51,384 nucleotides of DNA from positions 1 to 51,384 of the forward strand of contig JAGWXR010000001.1 of the NCBI GenBank assembly GCA_018969785.1, in the 5' to 3' direction. This stretch comes from Alphaproteobacteria bacterium. Its GTDB lineage: Bacteria; Pseudomonadota; Alphaproteobacteria; Micropepsales; Micropepsaceae. Made by a program: the position numbers and the translations under genes. Positions 45,661 through 51,384 of this stretch are shown here, piece by piece. Under the pieces are notes generated by a model, which did no database searches, was not told the DNA's origin, and was given only the letters and a program-made list of their open reading frames with translations. Numbering within the stretch: the stretch's first letter is position 1; every line of letters begins with the position of its first letter.

Positions 45661-46350
45661 TTAGTACGATATCGTCATGCCAAGGCCACGGGCATCCCGC
45701 TCGACCTCCTCGGGCAGGTGACGTGCCGTGCCGCGCGCAATGTGCCGGGCTGTCAGGACCAGGGCACAGGCGTCCAGCAGGTCATCGGCCTTCGCCCCGG
45801 AGCCCCTGAGCGCCCCGAGCCAAACGTCGATCTTTTCGAACCCTGCAGCCCTCAGCAGCCGCGTCCGCAGCGCGCGCCCCTCCGGCAGGTGCTTGCTGGC
45901 GAGCGGCTTGCCGCCGTTCAGTCGTGCAAACGCCAGCTCGGGATGCGCCTCGAACACGCGGTCCTGGTCCGCTGCCGTCAGCGCGTGGTCGATCTCGAGG
46001 ATCCGCGGCCGGATGTTCCATGTCTGCTTCGAGATCCCGCCGAAGCCCTGCGCCTTGCTCCATTGATTCGCTGCCATCCACTCGGATTGCGCGAAACGGA
46101 GCGCACCGCGCGGCAGCGTCTTGAACACACGGCTCCCGCAGGGTGAGAGGGCAGCGCGTGCCTCAACCTCGCATTGCCGCACGCCATCGCTCGAAATGCC
46201 GATCGGCATGTCTACAGCAATGATCTGAGCAACGGCGCCTATCGCGTTCCAGTTCGGTGCAATTTTCCATGTCGCCGCGTTCAGGTTAAGCGACGTTTCG
46301 ACGACGATCCAACCACCAGGGCAACCATCCACACCTGCAACGCGCATCAT
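45661..46350 (-). CDS. DUF429 family protein (predicted RNase-H-like fold)
   Basis: This is ORF 45661-46440. The product is MMRVAGVDGCPGGWIVV...AVDMPIG.... I recognise the family from memory. The start is 46350 or 46362. Confidence 0.72.
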   Translation of the reverse strand: MMRVAGVDGCPGGWIVVETSLNLNAATWKIAPNWNAIGAVAQIIAVDMPIGISSDGVRQCEVEARAALSPCGSRVFKTLPRGALRFAQSEWMAANQWSKAQGFGGISKQTWNIRPRILEIDHALTAADQDRVFEAHPELAFARLNGGKPLASKHLPEGRALRTRLLRAAGFEKIDVWLGALRGSGAKADDLLDACALVLTARHIARGTARHLPEEVERDARGLGMTISY

Positions 46351-46405
46351 CCGCTGAACCATGCCCGGGTTAACTCTCTTTAGGATGACGGATTGTGGTT
46401 TTCGT

Positions 46406-46417
46406 GCCAAGCTTGGC
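46406..46417. repeat. Perfect 12-bp palindrome GCCAAGCTTGGC
   Basis: I read it directly in the DUF429 / rcdA-like divergent region. Confidence 0.6.
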
Positions 46418-46546
46418 GCAAAGAATGCAAGCAGGCACATCTTAAGCTTGCAGTGTGCCGCTTTGAAGTTCTCGATTCGCCTCGGGCTTCATCGCGACCA
46501 TGACTTTCGAAAACCGCAGTTACCGGCATCGGGAGAGAGCGATCGC

Positions 46547-47089
46547 ATGAAGGGTTGGTTCAAAGGGGAATTCATGGCTTACAAGCCCGGCGGGATGGAA
46601 GCGCAGGCTGCAAACGCAATGACGTTTGCCGGTTCGGAACTGTTCAGGCGGACCTTCGAGGAAGGCATGGCCATGGTCGAGGAGACCGCCACCTACCTTG
46701 ACGGCAAGGGCCGCGCGGAATCGAAACTCTTGCCGTCCAAGGCGGCCCTGACCTATGCGGGCGAAAGCATGCGCCTGACAACCCGTTTGATGCAGGTTGC
46801 CTCCTGGCTCCTCGTCCAGCGGGCCGTCTCCGAGGGCGAAATGACCCCATCCGAGGCCCAGAACGACAAGTACCGCCTCGGCGCGCGCGAGATCTGCCGC
46901 GGTTCGCGCCCGGAAGGCACCGACCTGCTGCCGGCGAAGCTGGTGGAACTCCTGACCCGCAGCATGAACCTCTACGAGCGGGTGGAGCGTCTCGACCAGA
47001 TGATCTACGGCCGCCCCGAAGTGGCTCCCGCCGGCGTCACCGCGCAGCTTGACCGCCTGCAGGCCGCCTTCGGACGCGCCGCCGAATAG
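46547..47089 (+). CDS. rcdA: DUF1465 / RcdA-like protein (regulator of CtrA degradation family)
   Basis: This is the 3' part of ORF 46361-47089. The stretch ESMRLTTRLMQVASWLLVQRAVSEGEMT...LLTRSMNLYERVERLD parallels the RcdA family core, recalled from memory. The ATG at 46547 has GGGAGAG upstream. Confidence 0.8.
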   Translation: MKGWFKGEFMAYKPGGMEAQAANAMTFAGSELFRRTFEEGMAMVEETATYLDGKGRAESKLLPSKAALTYAGESMRLTTRLMQVASWLLVQRAVSEGEMTPSEAQNDKYRLGAREICRGSRPEGTDLLPAKLVELLTRSMNLYERVERLDQMIYGRPEVAPAGVTAQLDRLQAAFGRAAE

Positions 47090-47111
47090 GCCGCCCGCCC
47101 CTGAGATGGAC

Positions 47112-47154
47112 AAAAAAGGCCGGTGTCCGATGGGGCACCGGCCTTCTTGCTTTT
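47112..47154. terminator. Bidirectional rho-independent terminator between rcdA-like and GGCT genes
   Basis: It reads A6-GGCCGGTGTCC-GATG-GGGCACCGGCC-TTCTTGCTTTT. The stem is about 13 bp, flanked by an A-run on one side and a T-rich run on the other. Confidence 0.8.
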
Positions 47155-47669
47155 CAGCCGCGGCGCCTCGCCTGCGCCATATCTGCCTCGATCTCGGCCT
47201 TGATCCGGTGCCAGTGCCCGTCGATCTCCTCGAAGGGGGTAATGCCGTAGTGCTCGCGCATGACGCGGCGCGTGACGGCCACCAGCACGGGTTTGTGGTG
47301 GACCCGCCAGTGCGAGAAATCCCAGGGTTCTCCCGACGAGCGCAGCGTCCGCGTCGACATGTAGGTCCGGGCCGTGATCGTTGCCGCAGCCGTGAGGACT
47401 TCGACGGGCTGGTGCGTGTATTCGGTGTCCTCGAAATACGAAATGCGTTCGATGTCGGCATCGCTGAGGCCATGCGTGACCACACCCTCGACCGCCGCGC
47501 CGCTGCGGGCCACCAGCGTGGGAAACGAATAGCCGTGCGCCGTTTCTGCGACATATCCGTCAAGCCGCCCCGGCTGAAGCTGAAGATGGGCGCTCGAACG
47601 GTCGATCACGGCCTCAAGCAGCTCGCGGTCCATCAGCGAGCCATAGAAAAAGAAGATGTGTCCGGACAA
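47154..47669 (-). CDS. Gamma-glutamylcyclotransferase (GGCT/AIG2-like) family protein
   Basis: This is a 171-aa ORF with the N-terminal motif FFFYGSLMDRELL. The start is TTG, with GGAG 8 nt upstream. Confidence 0.78.
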   Translation of the reverse strand: MSGHIFFFYGSLMDRELLEAVIDRSSAHLQLQPGRLDGYVAETAHGYSFPTLVARSGAAVEGVVTHGLSDADIERISYFEDTEYTHQPVEVLTAAATITARTYMSTRTLRSSGEPWDFSHWRVHHKPVLVAVTRRVMREHYGITPFEEIDGHWHRIKAEIEADMAQARRRG

Positions 47670-47732
47670 GGGCAGGGATCTCCGTCGGGCGGCATGGGAA
47701 AATCATGCAGCAAGGGGCCGTCCCGTCAACGC

Positions 47733-47763
47733 AAAAAAAAAGGCGCGCGTGTGGCGCACCTTT
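47733..47763 (-). terminator. Rho-independent terminator of rpmE
   Basis: The minus-strand RNA reads AAAGGUGCGCC-ACAC-GCGCGCC followed by U9. Confidence 0.75.
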
Positions 47764-47784
47764 CCTCAGTCGATCGCATCCATT

Positions 47785-47806
47785 CGCCTGCCCCGCAAGG
47801 CAGGCG
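47785..47806 (-). terminator. Additional perfect 8-bp hairpin just after the rpmE stop
   Basis: It reads CGCCTGCC-ccgcaa-GGCAGGCG and lies 14 nt from the stop. It has no U-tract, so it may be a stabilising hairpin rather than a terminator. Confidence 0.35.
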
Positions 47807-47819
47807 CGCAGCAGCCAGC

Positions 47820-48053
47820 CTACTTCTTGGTGGCAGCGCCGATGCCTTCGAACTTCTTCGCAAACTTCGACACGCGGCCGGCGCGGTCCATGATCTGCTG
47901 GCTACCGCCCGTCCAGGCCGGGTGCGTGGTCGGATCGATGTCCAGCGTCATGACATCGCCTTCGGCGCCCCAGGTCGACCGGGTCAGATACTTCGATCCG
48001 TCGTTCAGCACGACCGTGATGAAGTGGTAGTTGGGATGGCCTTCTTTCTTCAT
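47820..48053 (-). CDS. rpmE: 50S ribosomal protein L31
   Basis: This is a 77-aa ORF. The product reads [29 protein letters not shown]...HPAWTGG....GRVSKF. Confidence 0.94.
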   Translation of the reverse strand: MKKEGHPNYHFITVVLNDGSKYLTRSTWGAEGDVMTLDIDPTTHPAWTGGSQQIMDRAGRVSKFAKKFEGIGAATKK

Positions 48054-48119
48054 GGCTTGCCTTGGGCTTTGTCAGGCGGCCCGCCCCGCGAGGGACGACC
48101 GCACATTTCGGAGCGCGGG

Positions 48120-48148
48120 CATATAGCCAAATCCCCTCTGCGGCGCAA
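48120..48148 (-). promoter_or_regulatory. Candidate sigma-70 promoter for rpmE
   Basis: On the minus strand it reads TTGCGC, a 17-nt spacer, then TATATG. It lies about 66 nt upstream of the ATG. This is a pattern match only. Confidence 0.3.
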
Positions 48149-48228
48149 GACCGCGGATTTCCCCCGGCACCTTCCTGTAGGGGCCAAGCGGTGTCATATA
48201 GGGCACGAAACCAGCCGGGATCCCCAAA

Positions 48229-50043
48229 TTGAGCGATAATCGAGGCGCGGAATTCGAGGCCAGCATCCAGCGCGAGGCGCAAGGTCGCAGCCGCTCCCGC
48301 AACCTTAAGATCCTGCGCCGCCTGTTGCCCTTCATGGCCCCTTACAAGGGCATGGTGGCCCTGGCGACCCTGTTCCTGCTCGGCGCCGCTGGCGCCTCGC
48401 TGGCCATCCCGGCTGCCGTGCGCGAGATGATCGATCACGGCTTCAGCCAGGAAAACGCGGGCCTCATTGACCGCTACTTCCTGCTCGTCCTCGGCGTGGC
48501 GTTGGTCCTCGGCTTTGCGACGGCTGCCCGGTTCTACTGCGTGACCTGGCTTGGCGAACGCATCGTCGCCGACCTGCGGCGCGCGATCTACAGCCACATC
48601 CTCTCGCAGAGCCCCGCCTTCTTCGAGGTGACCCGTACGGGCGAGGTACTCTCGCGCATCACGACCGACACCACCCTGATCCAGACGGCCGTCGGCTCCA
48701 GTGCATCGATCGCCCTGCGCAATCTCCTGATGATGGTCGGCGGCCTCGGAATGCTGCTTTTCACCAGCGCGAAGCTGACCGGCCTCGTGCTGGGAACGGT
48801 TGTCTTTGTCGTGCTGCCGCTGATCTTCTTCGGGCGCGCCGTGCGCAACCTGTCCCGCCAGAGCCAGGACCGCGTCGCCGATACCAGCGCCTACGCCGCC
48901 GAGACCATAAACGCGATCCAGACCGTGCAGTCCTTCACGCACGAGGCGGTCGACCGCGACCGCTTCACCAACGCGGTGGAGCAGACCTTTGCCACCGCCC
49001 TCAGGCGCGTGCGCGCCCGCGCCACCATGACCGCCCTGGTCATTGTCCTCGTCTTTGCAAGCATCGTCGGCGTCCTCTGGGTCGGCGCGCAGGCCGTGAT
49101 CGCTGGCGACATGACCGGCGGCCAGCTCGGTGCCTTCATTCTCTATGCCGTGATCGTGGCTTCGGGCCTCGGCGCCCTGTCTGAAGTCTGGGGCGAGGTC
49201 CAGCAGGCCTCCGGCGCGCTCGAGCGCATCGTCGAGATCCTCGAGACCACGCCCCTCGTCAGCGCCCCCGCCAACCCCGCAAGCCTGCCCGCGCCGCGCG
49301 GCGAGGTTGCCTTCGAAAACGTCACTTTCGAGTACCCCCAGCGCCCCGGCATCCCTGCACTCAAGGGCTTCACGCTGCGCCTGCGGCCAGGTGAAACCGT
49401 GGCCCTCGTGGGGCCTTCCGGGGCAGGCAAGACGACCGTATTCCAGCTCCTGCAGCGCTTCTTCGACGTTCAGTCTGGCCGGATCCTGGTTGACGGCGTC
49501 GACGTGCGCGGTGTCGATCCCCGGGACCTTCGTACACGCCTCGCGCTCGTGCCGCAGGAGACGGTGATCTTCGGCGACACCGCGCTGGAGAACATCCGCT
49601 ATGGCCGTCCGTCCGCCTCGGTCGAGGAAATCCGCGCGGCGGCACAGGCGGCGCAGGCGGACGAGTTCATTTCCCGCCTGCCGCAGGGTTACGACACCCA
49701 TCTCGGCGAGCGCGGCATCACCCTGTCGGGTGGCCAGCGCCAGCGCATCGCGATCGCCCGTGCAATCCTGCGCGACGCACCGATCCTCCTGCTCGACGAG
49801 GCAACCAGCGCCCTCGACGCCGAGAGCGAGCGCCTCGTGCAGCTCGCACTCGAGGGCCTGATGAGCCAGAAGACCACGATCGTCATCGCCCACCGCCTCG
49901 CAACCGTCCAGCGCGCGGACCGGATCGTCGTGATGGAGCAGGGCTCAATCGTCGCCGAGGGCACGCACGCCGAACTCGTGGAAGGCGGTGGCCTCTACGC
50001 CCGCCTCGCGCGCCTGCAATTTGCAGGTCTCGCCGCAGAATAG
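48229..50043 (+). CDS. ABCB-type half transporter (fused permease + ATPase; MsbA/Atm1-like)
   Basis: This is a 604-aa ORF with six N-terminal helices. It has Walker [10 protein letters not shown], the signature LSGGQRQR and Walker [13 protein letters not shown]. The start is TTG. Confidence 0.92.
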   Translation: MSDNRGAEFEASIQREAQGRSRSRNLKILRRLLPFMAPYKGMVALATLFLLGAAGASLAIPAAVREMIDHGFSQENAGLIDRYFLLVLGVALVLGFATAARFYCVTWLGERIVADLRRAIYSHILSQSPAFFEVTRTGEVLSRITTDTTLIQTAVGSSASIALRNLLMMVGGLGMLLFTSAKLTGLVLGTVVFVVLPLIFFGRAVRNLSRQSQDRVADTSAYAAETINAIQTVQSFTHEAVDRDRFTNAVEQTFATALRRVRARATMTALVIVLVFASIVGVLWVGAQAVIAGDMTGGQLGAFILYAVIVASGLGALSEVWGEVQQASGALERIVEILETTPLVSAPANPASLPAPRGEVAFENVTFEYPQRPGIPALKGFTLRLRPGETVALVGPSGAGKTTVFQLLQRFFDVQSGRILVDGVDVRGVDPRDLRTRLALVPQETVIFGDTALENIRYGRPSASVEEIRAAAQAAQADEFISRLPQGYDTHLGERGITLSGGQRQRIAIARAILRDAPILLLDEATSALDAESERLVQLALEGLMSQKTTIVIAHRLATVQRADRIVVMEQGSIVAEGTHAELVEGGGLYARLARLQFAGLAAE

Positions 50044-50046
50044 GCC

Positions 50047-50784
50047 TCAGCCCGGCGGCGACAGCACGTCAACCCGGTCTGTCTCCCCGGTCGCGGATCC
50101 GCCGAAGGGCATGATGTCGATCCGCTCGAATGCAATCCCGCGCGCCACGAAATGGTCGCGCACCGCCCGTGCCCGCTCGAGCGAGAGCCGCCGCGCCTGC
50201 GAGGACATGTCGCCGGCACGCCCGCTATAGGCCACGATCCGGATGCGGCCCTTCGACGACGCAATGCGCTCCGCCAGCGCATCAAGCGGCGCTGTCGCAT
50301 CGGCGGGCAGGGCACTCTCGCCGCCAGCGAACCGGATGCGTCCGAGCAACTGGAACCCGGCAGCCGGATCGACGACACGGGCGTTGGGAAACGGATCCCG
50401 CGCCGTGCCACGCAGCTCGACCGGGAAATTCTCCATCATGGCAACCGGCAGGTCCGCCTTCGGCTTTGTACTGGCAACAGCCTCGGTTGCAGTCGCGGCA
50501 GGGACTGGCTCCCCGGCCGCTGGCTTTCGCTCGGTGGCGACAAGGCCGCCGTCCGGCTTCGGCCGCGGCAGCGGGATGGTGCGGCGCATGCCAGCGTCCA
50601 CAGCGGGCTTTCGCGATCCGGATGGCTCGGGCGGGATTTCGGGGTTGGGTGCCGGCTCCGGCAACCCGAGGGCATCCATGTTCACGATGACACCCTCGTC
50701 ATCCTCGTGCGCAGGCACGGTCTGCCCCTGCGCAAGGCCAGCAAGGGCTGAAACGGTCAAGAGAGCAGGGATCAGGCAACGCAT
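50047..50784 (-). CDS. OmpA/MotB-domain protein with proline-rich linker
   Basis: This is ORF 50047-50805. The signal peptide is MRCLIPALLTVSALAGLAQG, followed by a P/A/E-rich region. The C-terminal OmpA-like region is IVAYSGRAGDMSSQARRLSLERARAVRDHFVARG. Confidence 0.82.
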   Translation of the reverse strand: MRCLIPALLTVSALAGLAQGQTVPAHEDDEGVIVNMDALGLPEPAPNPEIPPEPSGSRKPAVDAGMRRTIPLPRPKPDGGLVATERKPAAGEPVPAATATEAVASTKPKADLPVAMMENFPVELRGTARDPFPNARVVDPAAGFQLLGRIRFAGGESALPADATAPLDALAERIASSKGRIRIVAYSGRAGDMSSQARRLSLERARAVRDHFVARGIAFERIDIMPFGGSATGETDRVDVLSPPG

Positions 50785-50815
50785 GCCGGCACTATAGCGC
50801 AGCACGCCGGCAATT

Positions 50816-51384
50816 TCACGCGCTCGCGCCCTTTAGCGTTTTCAGCATGGGCCCGTGCAGGTTCCCGTTGGAGGCCAGGATATGGCCGTTGGTCAGCATG
50901 TCCTGCCCACTGGCAAGGTCGCTCACGACGCCGCCCGCTTCCCGGACAAGCACGATCCCCGCTGCCACGTCCCACGATGACAGCGATCTCTCCCAGAACG
51001 CGTCGTAGCGCCCGGCTGCCACCCAGGCCAGATCAAGCGCTGCCGATCCGAACCGGCGGACACCTGAAACCTCGCGCATGACGGCATTGACCTCGCCGAG
51101 GAACCCTTCCTGCCCGGGCCGGCCGCGATGCGGGATCCCCGTTGCCACCAGCGCATCCGCCAGTTCGCGCCGCCCCGAGACGCGCAGCCGCCGCTCGTTG
51201 TGCCACGCGCCCTGGCCCTTTTCCGCCGTGAACATGTCATCCGTGACGGGATTGTAGACGACGCCGGCCACGAGGTGGCCCTCGCGCTCAAGCCCCACCG
51301 ACACGGCAAAATGCGGGACGCCATGCATGAAGTTGATCGTCCCGTCGAGCGGATCGATGAACCAGCGATGGGACTTGTCAGGTC
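50816..51384 (-). CDS. suhB: Inositol monophosphatase family protein (N-terminus beyond the right window edge)
   Basis: ORF 50816-51328 stays open in frame up to the window edge. That upstream extension reads PDKSHRWFIDPLDGTINFMHG, which holds the WxIDPLDGT motif. The later motif WDVAAG is also present. Confidence 0.88.
   Translation of the reverse strand, partial: PDKSHRWFIDPLDGTINFMHGVPHFAVSVGLEREGHLVAGVVYNPVTDDMFTAEKGQGAWHNERRLRVSGRRELADALVATGIPHRGRPGQEGFLGEVNAVMREVSGVRRFGSAALDLAWVAAGRYDAFWERSLSSWDVAAGIVLVREAGGVVSDLASGQDMLTNGHILASNGNLHGPMLKTLKGASA

Noticed and set aside
47902-49893. 663-aa minus-strand ORF
   Set aside because: It is antisense to the ABCB-type exporter, whose Walker A, signature and Walker B motifs are unambiguous. 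It shows the same R/G/A/H-rich artefact composition, and it would overlap rpmE.

Overview
This 51.4-kb window is visibly GC-rich and very compact. It reads as conserved core chromosome of an alphaproteobacterium; I cannot assign order or genus from sequence alone. I support about 52 protein-coding genes on both strands. Most are housekeeping: typA, pyk, purEK, def, rpsU, rpmJ, rpmE, the pntAA-pntAB-pntB transhydrogenase and suhB. A cell-envelope block holds an S1 protease, a YcbB-like L,D-transpeptidase, a thioester alpha-2-macroglobulin with PBP1C, and an MltB-like transglycosylase. There are also many small alphaproteobacterial conserved or DUF genes: a GapR-like DUF2312, an RcdA-like DUF1465, DUF1013, DUF1192, DUF1036, DUF1244, DUF429, DUF2332 and two DUF465. 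I found no tRNA, rRNA, CRISPR array, transposase, integrase, phage module or recognisable defence island. No stretch longer than about 290 nt is left without a plausible CDS. Any undescribed biology would therefore sit in gene strings of unknown function or in structured intergenic regions, not in an unannotated island. The best candidates, none proven, are four. (1) A translationally coupled string at 24431-28748: lipoprotein, soluble ABC1/UbiB-type kinase, DUF2332, PaaI thioesterase and alpha/beta hydrolase. (2) A pnt operon with two extra small membrane proteins: an aa3-oxidase subunit-IV-like ORF upstream and a 95-aa three-helix ORF between pntAB and pntB. (3) A repeat-dense 236-nt divergent region between two DUF465 paralogues next to a GGDEF gene. 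(4) A palindrome-rich region with interleaved inverted repeats between the DUF429 and rcdA-like genes. All family calls come from motifs read by eye and from memory of family signatures. No database search was run. Start codons are the least certain part of the coordinates. The many long R/G/A-rich ORFs antisense to strong genes are treated as GC-rich mirror-frame artefacts.
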